Assembly: GCA_965203295.1 (NCBI GenBank)
Contig: CBDBCZ010000019.1
Coordinates: 1,728,001 to 1,792,000 of the forward strand
Length of the DNA: 64,000 bases
DNA from: Nitrospirales bacterium
GTDB lineage: Bacteria > Nitrospirota > Nitrospiria > Nitrospirales > UBA8639
Reading direction: 5' to 3'
Shown here: positions 55,433 to 64,000 of the stretch, one piece after another
Layout: every line of letters begins with the position of its first letter
How positions within the stretch are numbered: the stretch's first letter is position 1
Position numbers and translations under genes: made by a program
Notes under the pieces: generated by a model
What the model was told of the DNA's origin: nothing
The model's input: the letters and a program-made list of their open reading frames with translations, nothing else
Databases searched by the model: none

Positions 55433-55807
55433 ATGAGTTATGACCTTCTTGCAGATATTGTAGTTGTCACACATGCCGCCTTTGTCCTTTTTGCAATGTT
55501 TGGCGGGTTCCTGGTTTTGAAATGGAAAGGGATAGCCATCCTTCATATTCCCGCAGCTATTTGGGGCACACTTCTTGAACTCGCATGATGGATGTGTCCT
55601 CTTACCTACCTGGAAAATTGGCTACGGGATCTTGGCGGGAGTGAAGGATATCAAACAGATTTCATCGATCAATACCTCTTGCCAGTTCTGTATCCGCCTG
55701 GCCTTACGAGAACCACACAGATAAGGTTAGGTAGCTTTTTGGTAGGCCTTAACCTATGCATTTATTGGTGGGTCTGGCGACATTCAAAAACTGTTCAGTC
55801 TTCCTAA
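55433..55807 (+). pseudogene. DUF2784-like membrane protein with an in-frame TGA
   Basis: LADIVVVTHAAFVLF..LHIPAAIWG..ELA*WMCPLTYLENWLR..FIDQYLLPVLYP; TGA at 55586-55588, likely GGA. Confidence 0.85.
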
Positions 55808-55919
55808 CAACTTCAAATCCGTGCAACTCACACATTAAGGCCAATCGGGGATCGCTTCCTTGACCACTCTGCTTCTCCCTAGATATAGTTTCTGTCTTCT
55901 TAAAAATACGGTGTGATCA

Positions 55920-56240
55920 ATGGAAAATAAAAAACTGGGGATTCTTCTCTCGACACCACCTTCGAATCCCAATGCAGAAGTCGTGACACGTTTAGGTGAG
56001 GAGGCGTTGGCCTCTAAGGTAGACCTGTACCTGTATTTAATTGATGAAGGGGTTTTGAACCTTCAAAACGAACGGCTCCTGAAATTAGCTTCATCAGGCG
56101 CCAAGTTTTTTGTGTGTGCCTACGGATGCCAAAAACACAATGTCTCAACCGAGGGCTACGGGAAGGAAGTCAATTTCTGCGGATTGGTGATTTTGTCCAA
56201 TATCATTAACGGATGCGATCGTTTTCTCGCTTTCAATTAA
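55920..56240 (+). CDS. DsrE/TusD-like sulfur relay protein
   Basis: LGILLSTPP, YLIDEGV, FVCAYGC, CDRFLAF. TTGACC-N18-TATAGT upstream at 55860-55889. Confidence 0.75.
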   Translation: MENKKLGILLSTPPSNPNAEVVTRLGEEALASKVDLYLYLIDEGVLNLQNERLLKLASSGAKFFVCAYGCQKHNVSTEGYGKEVNFCGLVILSNIINGCDRFLAFN

Positions 56241-56332
56241 TTCGACTCTTGCCCTTCTTTTATTTACTCGTTCCTCTTCAAATCCCCAAACAACTCTTCT
56301 TCCTACCACTCCTAAGTAAGAGGAGATGTTTC

Positions 56333-58043
56333 TTATCCACTCCAGGATGATGCCCGACCACCAAAAAGCATCGTGACATTACATGCGACGATTTTCGTAT
56401 CCATCTCGAAATACACAGCGATCAGTTTCATGAAATAGATCAGAATTGAAAATAACCGCTCGATTCTCCCGATACGGCACCGTCACTGCTTTTGCCCCAC
56501 TCTCTTCCAAAAATTCATAGATTTTGGGTTTGTACGTCGTGCCATTGTAAACCTTAAAATCCCATTCACGTGGAGCTTCTTTATCCCACACGATCAAACC
56601 ACCGCTCGAAGGATCTTGGTTGGCATCATTTCGAGTGATCCAAAAGTTGACATTTACCGCAGCAGCATCCGCGTGAATATTCAGGCCCTTCAGTTGACTA
56701 TCTTGCTTAAAAGCCCAGGCTTGCACCAACTGGTGATCATGGAAAATTCTAGGGAATCGGACTCGAAGCTCTTCAGTAATCTGTAACAGCAATGGCGATG
56801 AAAACCCCTCCCCCAACATGGCACCGATATATCCGTTCTCATAATCTTTCTTCCAAATAGTTGATTCACAACAAAACGTCCTGAGGTTCTTCAAGGCTTC
56901 TTCGCTAAGAAGCGAATCGACGTAGATGATTTCGGGTTGGCTCCGGTTATACCGTTCTTGAATATCCTCCACATTCAATGCTGGATTAAGGGCTCCGTCC
57001 TTCAGCGCTGAACATTCTGCATAATGAAGGATTCGATTGAAGGATGGGGAAATATGAACACGTTCCTCTGGTGTGATGATCATCTGCAAAGAGGAATCTG
57101 AGGAATCATTCACCCTTTGGTTCAACTGCTTCAGCATATTCAAATAGGGGATGGATTGCGGATTAAGAATTCCCTTGTCGAACAGATATTGAATTTGTTC
57201 GACGTCATGTTTCAATCTGGATTTATAAACAGTTTGAACCATGACGGGTTGCCCATAATTTTGGAGGATTTCTGCTGATCGCCGAAGGAAGGCCAGCGCA
57301 AGGTCCAAGCGATGTTTCCACAGATAGGCTAATCCTAGACTATGATGAGCCTTGCTATAGTCAGGTTTAGCCTCAATGGCCGCTTCAAAGGACGCCATGG
57401 CTTTCTCAAGTTCTTTTTTTTCTACCCATACCTGCCCTAAATTATAGTGAGCTTCAGCATGAGAGGGATTTATTGCCAACGCCTGCTGATAGGCTGATGC
57501 AGCTTTATCGAACATTCCCAGTTCTTTCAAAGACACTCCAAGATTGTTGTATCCATCGACAAAATTTGGATTGACGCTCAAGGCCTTTTTATAAGCCGCG
57601 GCAGCCTTTTCCAATTCACCAATCTGACGATAGGCATTCCCTAAGTTACCCAAGGCTTCAAAATAATCAGATTTTAGAGCAACTGCTTTTTGATAGGCCT
57701 CCACCGCTTCAGAAACCTGCCCTTTACGCTGCAGAACCAGTCCACGGTTAAAATAGTAATGAGGTTTGCCTCCACCCTTTTCAATTGCCTGTGAGATCAA
57801 ATCGATCGCACGATCATAGTGCCCAACGCGATACGCAATGAGACCTAACAAGTGCAAGGAATCAGCATGCGAGGGGTCCTCTTGAAGAATTTGGTTATAC
57901 AATGATTTGGCTTCTTGCAAGCGGCCACTTTGTTGGTAAAGCCGCGCCTGTTCAAAAAGGGACTTCACATGAAGTGAAGGAGGGGCGGTTCCTCCTTTTT
58001 TCCCCTGAAACTGTTTTTGCTGTCGCCGTTTTATGCGGTTCAT
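56333..58043 (-). CDS. TPR-repeat protein with C-terminal 2OG-Fe(II) oxygenase-like domain; +1 frameshift near the end
   Basis: About 7 TPRs, IHADAAAVNVNFW, FNSDLFHET. RRM* at 56379; the shifted frame continues NVTMLFG.. to TAA 56333-56335. Confidence 0.8.
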
Positions 58044-58150
58044 GGCTCAAATTGATTAAGAGAATTAACCCGTTGCCACGCTTTGGGACTATTTGGAGGT
58101 ATCAATGATAATGCCGGACAGTTCCGGTTTCAATAGAGCATGCTATTCAT

Positions 58151-58182
58151 AAAAAAAGCCCAGCCAAAATAAGCTGGGCTTT
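58151..58182 (-). terminator. Intrinsic terminator downstream of rpoD
   Basis: AAAGCCCAGC-N8-GCTGGGCTTT stem with a 7-T tail on the minus strand. Confidence 0.85.
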
Positions 58183-58263
58183 CCACTCCATAGGGGTAAA
58201 TATTATAGAATTATTGTCGTCTCATGGGCGTAAGGTGTTTAGAAATTTGCTCTTCGTTTCTCA

Positions 58264-60087
58264 TTAAAATTGCTCTGCAAAGGTCCGTAACTTCTTACTT
58301 TGCACTGGGTGGCGTAATTTTCTCAACGCCTTAGCTTCAATCTGCCGGATCCGCTCCCGCGTCACCAGAAAATCTTGCCCCACTTCCTCCAACGTGTGGT
58401 CCGTGCTCTCTCCGATCCCAAACCGCTTCCGGATAATCTTCTCCTCCCGCGCCGTCAACGACCCCAACGAATCTGCAATCTGTCGCTGCAAATCATACCG
58501 CACCGCCGCCTCCAACGGCGACACCGCCGTCTTGTCCTCGATAAAGTCCCCTAAATGACTATCCTCCTCCTCCCCAATCGGCGTCTCCAACGAAATCGGC
58601 TCCTTCGCAATCCTTAAGATCTTCCGCACTTTCTCCAGCGGGATGTCCATCCGCGCCCCGATCTCCGCCGGCGTCGGCTCCCGCCCTAACTGCTGCACCA
58701 AATGCCGCGACGTCCGTACCAATTTATTAATCGCTTCAATCATGTGGACCGGAATCCGAATCGTCCGGGCCTGGTCTGCCACGGCTCGGGTGATTGCCTG
58801 TCGAATCCACCACGTCGCATACGTGCTAAACTTGTACCCCCGCTGGTATTCAAACTTGTCCACCGCCTTCATCAGCCCAATATTGCCTTCCTGGATGAGA
58901 TCTAAAAACTGCAAGCCCCGATTGGTGTACTTTTTCGCGATACTCACGACCAACCGCAAATTGGCCTCAATCAGATCGGCTTTGGCACGTTTCATTTTGA
59001 TTTCGGCTCGTTCGAGCACACGATAGGCCGTGCGAAACTCGGCCAGGGGCATCAGGATGATGTCCCGCTCCAGCCGTTTGAGGGTTCCTTGAGCATCCTG
59101 AAAAGTCTCAACGAGATTGTGGAGCGTCTTCGTCGTACAGGCCAGTTTTCGACGCACGTCCTGAAAAGCCTCCTTATCCTTCCCCATTTGTCGAAAGATT
59201 TTGAGTCCCTCAGTCCGTGAGAAGCCTAATAGCCGACAACATTCATCCAGTATCCGCTGAGCTTCACGGACTTCAGAGCCGACATTCTTGATTCGGCCTA
59301 ATAACAAATCTCGCACTTCAAGCTTAAGATTGAGTTCATCCAAAACTCGAGCTACTTGACATTTGGCATTCTGCACTTGTTTGTCATATCGATGTTGCTG
59401 GGCAGGGGTCCCGTGATTTCGTCTCTGGGAATACAGGCCCATTAAGGTTTTCGAAAACTTCAGAATTTTCTGAAGACCCACCAGAGTTTGCTGACGAAGC
59501 TCTTCTTCATCTTCTTCCACAATTTCTTCGTCTAGATCATCCTCAATCGTCGGTTCATTGACAAGAACGAGATCTCTTGCCGTAATGTCTCCATTTTTCA
59601 ATTGAACTCTGACTGATTCCAAATACAAAAGGGTCAAGGGCATTCCACAAATCGTAACCGCCATTTCATTTTTGCCTTGTTCGATTCTTTTGGCCAGCTC
59701 AATTTCACCTTCGCGGCTCAGCAGAGAAACACTGGCCATTTCATTCAAATACAGCCTAACGGGATCATCGATCCGACTCAAATCCCCAGGTGTTAAATCA
59801 ATATCTTTCTCCCCATCTTCCTGGAAATCTTCAGCATCCTCACCATTTAATTTTTCTTCATAAGGGTCTAGAGTGTCGCCCTCCAAGGCTGCACTTTTTT
59901 CCATCGTGTGAGAATTCAAAACATTAATGTCCATATCTCCAAATAGTGTGAGAAGATTCGTGAGTTGATCTGAAGAGGTCGCCTCTACAGGCAAGGAATT
60001 CTGTATATCCTCTATGGTCAAATGTCCTTTTTCTTGACCAAGAGAAATCAGATGTTTGACATCATGCGACAAACTGTCTTTTGGCAT
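58264..60087 (-). CDS. rpoD: RNA polymerase sigma factor RpoD (group 1-like, possibly one of several paralogs)
   Basis: Region 1.1, [60 protein letters not shown] 60087 follows TAAGGAG. Confidence 0.95.
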   Translation of the reverse strand: MPKDSLSHDVKHLISLGQEKGHLTIEDIQNSLPVEATSSDQLTNLLTLFGDMDINVLNSHTMEKSAALEGDTLDPYEEKLNGEDAEDFQEDGEKDIDLTPGDLSRIDDPVRLYLNEMASVSLLSREGEIELAKRIEQGKNEMAVTICGMPLTLLYLESVRVQLKNGDITARDLVLVNEPTIEDDLDEEIVEEDEEELRQQTLVGLQKILKFSKTLMGLYSQRRNHGTPAQQHRYDKQVQNAKCQVARVLDELNLKLEVRDLLLGRIKNVGSEVREAQRILDECCRLLGFSRTEGLKIFRQMGKDKEAFQDVRRKLACTTKTLHNLVETFQDAQGTLKRLERDIILMPLAEFRTAYRVLERAEIKMKRAKADLIEANLRLVVSIAKKYTNRGLQFLDLIQEGNIGLMKAVDKFEYQRGYKFSTYATWWIRQAITRAVADQARTIRIPVHMIEAINKLVRTSRHLVQQLGREPTPAEIGARMDIPLEKVRKILRIAKEPISLETPIGEEEDSHLGDFIEDKTAVSPLEAAVRYDLQRQIADSLGSLTAREEKIIRKRFGIGESTDHTLEEVGQDFLVTRERIRQIEAKALRKLRHPVQSKKLRTFAEQF

Positions 60088-60699
60088 TAGTGACTCCTTA
60101 CCGTTTAAATACCAGGAAAACCCCAGATCCACTCATATGAAAAGAAAGAGATTCCATTCAATTTGAAACATATCTATCAAACTGTCGTCATTCCAAGATC
60201 GTTTAACCCTTATACGGAAAAATCAAATCAAGAGAGAGTTTGCGATCGAAATCCAAGCTAGAAGTACAACAAGGTATTCCCACAGGTTAGCCTAAACAAA
60301 AGAAAGTACCCTAACGGTAGGTATATGCCCCATGACAAGATCGAGGGCGAAAGCATCTCCGCATTGTACCACCAACAATAAGCGACAACTCACTGAAGCA
60401 TTTGGCACGACCGACTGGCAGCATTGAAGCTAAAATCGTTTCTGATTGTCAATCCTGATGTGTCAAGAAGGTAGGATTTCCTGATTGCACCGATCTTTTG
60501 CCACCATCATGATTCAGGAGCGGATTCCCAATTAAATGACATCCGTATGTGCATTCGATGAAATTTCTATAAACATTTCAGACATGAACAAGCTCGAGGT
60601 TTGGGAGATTACCCGTATCAATAGATTCTTTCAAAGTTTTGATATGTAGTAGAGTTAATGATAGGATCTTTCATCCTTAAGAATAAGGAGGGATTCTCA

Positions 60700-60979
60700 T
60701 TAAGCGTAAAACTGTATGTCGGCAGTTTAGCCTATCAAACAACCGAACAGGAACTTCACGAATTGTTTTCCCAACACGGCCGCCAAGATCGTAGAAGACC
60801 GAGCCACGGGTGGATCTCGAGGGTTTGGCTTCGTCGAAATGACGACACAGGAGGAGGCCATGAATGCCATAACGGGGCTTCATGGTTTTACTTTTGCGGG
60901 AAGATCGCTGGTCGTGAATGAAGCACGACCCCCAGGGGATAAACCCCAGCATGGGGGGCGTGGAAGGAAGTCTTACTAG
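60700..60979 (+). pseudogene. RRM RNA-binding protein, start codon lost and internal deletion
   Basis: KLYVGSL..ELFSQHG, then an out-of-frame AKIVEDRATGGSRGFGFVEM..VVNEARP. GGAGG SD without a following ATG. Confidence 0.85.
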
Positions 60980-61193
60980 GGCCTCCTCCCCACAAGCTTC
61001 CACACTTACAGTCGGCACGTCTTCATCCCCTCTCCAAACGGAACGGTTACGTCTGTACGGGCCAGACAAGTTCCGGCTATTTCATCCATTTTTCAATCAA
61101 GGAAAACTCATACTTGAAAAAGGTACAAGTTCCACCCAGCTTCGTATTGGGTTGGATCGCCCCTTATATTCCGATAAAGAGAACACTGTTGCC

Positions 61194-62625
61194 ATGAACC
61201 CTTCATCCGCATCTTCGAGGCCCGTGAAACTCCGTGATATATGGGAAACCTGGTGGCCATTAGCTGGGAGTTGGATGCTTATGGGCTTTGAGCTGCCAGC
61301 CATTAGCGCGGTTCTGGCCAGGCTAGACAACCCAGAAATTCACCTGGCCGCGTATGGAGGAATCGTCTTTCCCATATCCCTCTTGATTGAGGCTCCAATT
61401 ATCATGCTCTTGGCAGCATCCACCGCGCTCTCTAAAGATTGGACGTCGTACCTCCTACTTCGACGATTCATGGTGTTTCTGGCTGTTCCTCTAACCGTCA
61501 TTCATATCCTTGTCGCTTTTACCCCTATTTTTGACATCGTGGTATCGGATATTCTAGCGGCACCAGAAGAAATCCATGAACCTGCCAGAATCGGCCTCAT
61601 GCTGATGACACCCTGGACTGGGTCAATTGCACTTCGTCGTTTCCAGCAAGGCGTTCTCATTAAGGGCTGGTCAATCAAAATCCGTCGCCACAGGTACGGC
61701 CATCCGATTAGCAACAAATATCCTCACCTTATGTGTGGGGTATAGCCTAGGGACTTTCCCCGGAATTGTCGTGGCCACTTCGGCCATTGCTCTCGGCGTC
61801 ATAGCTGAAGCATTGTTTGTCAACATACGGGTGAGACCGATTCTACGACATTGGAGACGCCACCATGGTCCAGAACCAACAAGCCTCACGGCACACCAAC
61901 TTTGGGCATTTTATTTACCTCTAGCTATCACCCCAGTTCTCACACTCTTGGCGTTATCTATTGGCAGTGCCGCATTGAGCCGAATGCCTTTGGCACTGGA
62001 ATCTCTCGCTGTGTGGCCAGTTGTCGCTGGACTTTCTTTTGCCTTCCGGAGTTTGGGGTTAGCCTACCATGAAGTGGTTGTTGCGATGTTTGAGCGTCAA
62101 GGTGCTGCTCAAGCCCTTCAACGATTTGCTGTCTTTCTTGCTCTGTCCACCAGTGGCACCCTTTTGATCATAACAGCAACCCCATTGAGTCATATTTGGA
62201 TGAGCACGATTTCGAACCTCTCGCCAACTCTGACGACCTTAGGTCAAAATAGTCTTTGGCTGGTTATCCTGATGCCGGCGTTGACGGTCATGGAAAGTTG
62301 GTACCAAGGAGTTTTAGTCCATAGTCATCAGACAAGAGCCATTACCCACGCGGTCCTCATCTACTTACTGGGAAGTTCTGCCATTTTAGCTCTAGGAATC
62401 TATGCTGGGCACGTGACCGGTCTTTATGTCAGCCTTACGGCCATGGTCGTTGGTTTCTCCATCCAAACCCTTTGGCTGAAAAGCCGAAGTTACTCTATTC
62501 GCAGCCAAAGATTCAGTCACACCTCCCAGACAGTGCTGGAGTCCGGAGCCTCCAGACTCAAGACGAATGCCTCCAGACTAGAGACCACAAAAGTCGTCGC
62601 GATACTGACGAAAAAAAAGACTTAA
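61194..62625 (+). pseudogene. MATE-like / ANKH-like multi-TM membrane protein, frameshifted
   Basis: WWPLAGSWMLMGFE..IEAPIIMLLAASTAL..RRFQQGVLI, +1 A near 61662, continuing as ORF 61627..62625. Confidence 0.75.
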
Positions 62626-63092
62626 TCACTAGGTGGTTCAAAATGACCAGGAAGGCGAGACTGCCAAGGCACGGTGGCCGTTTTGGCTTGTTTGAAGAGA
62701 CTACGCAAATTCACTTCAGCCGCTCGAAGCAGCTTGGGATCACCGCTTTGTAGCAATGCAGTCAATAAAACATATAAATCTCGATCCCGTTGAGCACTGC
62801 GCAGTATACATTCCGCTACGGGATCGGGGCTCTGGCTTTGAGGCATCTCAACTTCAGAATTATCTTCATCAGAGTCTGTAAGGAGAAGAGTCATCTGAGA
62901 AGGATCACCATACAACCAAGAGGGAGGAACCTCTAGCCCTGTCGCTAATGCTTCGAGCGTAGAGACTGACGGATCGAGCTCACCAGTTTCAGCAGCTTCA
63001 ATGGTCTCAGGGGTCAGTTGAGACTTTTCCGCCAATGCAGAAACTGTCAACTTTTTGGTACGTCGCCAAGCTTGAAGAAATTGGTGAATCAT
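62622..63092 (-). CDS. XRE-family HTH transcriptional regulator
   Basis: LTVSALAEKSQLT..ETGELDPSVSTLEALATGLEV. Confidence 0.85.
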   Translation of the reverse strand: MIHQFLQAWRRTKKLTVSALAEKSQLTPETIEAAETGELDPSVSTLEALATGLEVPPSWLYGDPSQMTLLLTDSDEDNSEVEMPQSQSPDPVAECILRSAQRDRDLYVLLTALLQSGDPKLLRAAEVNLRSLFKQAKTATVPWQSRLPGHFEPPSD

Positions 63093-63148
63093 CTAACCCG
63101 GATCTTATCGAACTGACCACTCACTGTCTACTGATCAACAAACCCTGC

Positions 63149-64000
63149 CTACTTTGAACGAGAATCCTGATTTCCCACACGGTTCAACTGAAATTGATGG
63201 ACAACTCCCACATCAGAATGTCGTTTCGTTCCACCAAAAGGTGCGCTTATGAACAGGGCTGAGGAATTCCCAGATAAAGAAAAACCGAACAGGTCAGCCG
63301 CACCCGTTTCTGGTACAGGATTAGTGAGCGTCGCAGGCCACTGGTCACTAGACTCATCAAAGATAAAAACAGCGCCGGCATCGACTCCAGCGCCATCATG
63401 ACCAGATGCACCAATTCCAATCAGCCCAGAAAACATGGCCACGGCTTCACCAAAATGGTCTCCAGCCCTAAGGCTCGGCACTACCAAAGACCGAATTAAC
63501 TCCCCAGACCCGGAATGGAACAAAAACGCGACACCAGATTCAGGAGGCGCACCATTTTGCCCCAGCGCCCCGAACAGAAGCCTCCCTGGTTTTCCGGCTA
63601 TCGACCATCCAAAATAATCATGTGTCATGGGTTTGGGAGCGGATAACGTATCTCGTAGTTCCCAACTCTCCCCGTCATAAAGGTATACTAAACCAGAATT
63701 CTCTGGTTCTTTCCCACCCACAGGGGCTGAGACTGCTATGTCATTGCCTACAAAAGAAACGGCATGACCAAAACGGCCTCTTTGACCTCTAGGGAAGTCT
63801 GAAGGCCAGAATGTATGAAGTAACTTTCCTGTTTGACGGTCAAAAAGAAACGCAGCACCCGTGTAAAAGGTCGTTTCCATGCTAGCACGAGGGTCTCCAA
63901 TTAGAACGAAACGGTCCTGCATGGCCACAGCATGACCGAATACTCCCGTCCATGGATGTGGATTCTGAAACGTCTGCAGAAGTTCACCTGTCTGGGCATG
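63149..64000 (-). CDS. FG-GAP (integrin-alpha-like) repeat protein; 5' end beyond the window
   Basis: Repeated FGHAV/FGWSI/FGEAV/FGFSL ... SAP ... GAVFIF. Frame is open to position 64000. Confidence 0.85.
   Translation of the reverse strand, partial: HAQTGELLQTFQNPHPWTGVFGHAVAMQDRFVLIGDPRASMETTFYTGAAFLFDRQTGKLLHTFWPSDFPRGQRGRFGHAVSFVGNDIAVSAPVGGKEPENSGLVYLYDGESWELRDTLSAPKPMTHDYFGWSIAGKPGRLLFGALGQNGAPPESGVAFLFHSGSGELIRSLVVPSLRAGDHFGEAVAMFSGLIGIGASGHDGAGVDAGAVFIFDESSDQWPATLTNPVPETGAADLFGFSLSGNSSALFISAPFGGTKRHSDVGVVHQFQLNRVGNQDSRSK

Noticed and set aside
8165..55588. Stop-codon reassignment or selenocysteine/pyrrolysine readthrough explaining the in-frame stops
   Set aside because: The stops are of all three types and fall at positions expected to be different residues (e.g. 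Trp, Gln, Gly). All three codons also terminate intact genes, and several of the same genes carry frameshifts.
60918..61193. N-terminal extension of the MATE-like ORF from 60918
   Set aside because: It overlaps the RRM pseudogene tail and looks non-coding. ATG 61194 fits the membrane protein better.
1..64000. tRNA, rRNA, prophage or diversity-generating retroelement
   Set aside because: No cloverleaf/T-loop signatures, rRNA motifs, phage structural genes, reverse transcriptase or adenine-specific variable repeat pairs were seen.

Overview
Bacterial chromosomal window of moderate GC. Gene content and protein style suggest a Nitrospirota (Nitrospirales-like) organism; this is inference from recalled families, not a search. 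Left part: a metal-uptake operon (RAPP-motif leader, outer-membrane barrel, ABC substrate-binding protein) behind a 7-1-7 Fur/Zur-type palindrome; moaB, PhzF-like and MDR oxidoreductase genes; three radical-SAM genes (two tandem B12-binding paralogs); metH; and a mutY-mutT-GNAT-exonuclease block. Middle (28.5-42.6 kb): a five-gene envelope locus linking an AsmA/YdbH-like bridge protein and a DUF1318 lipoprotein to a ~2,600-aa, apparently exported TolB-propeller/TPR/double-CHAT (caspase-like) protein, an SH3 protein and an M48 peptidase. Four of these five genes are broken. 42.7-47.1 kb is a foreign island with two methyltransferases between two transposase-like 3' remnants, plus an integrase-less integron cassette array (one clear attC, putative attI and Pc). 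Right part: a decayed sugar ABC transporter, further copies of a structured ~200-300 bp intergenic repeat with compensatory base changes, a TPR/2OG-Fe(II) protein, an rpoD with a GC-shifted 3' part, and RRM and MATE-like pseudogenes. Across the window, accessory genes carry many nonsense codons, frameshifts, deletions and short tandem duplications while core genes are intact, which points to ongoing genome erosion. No rRNA, tRNA or CRISPR array was seen.
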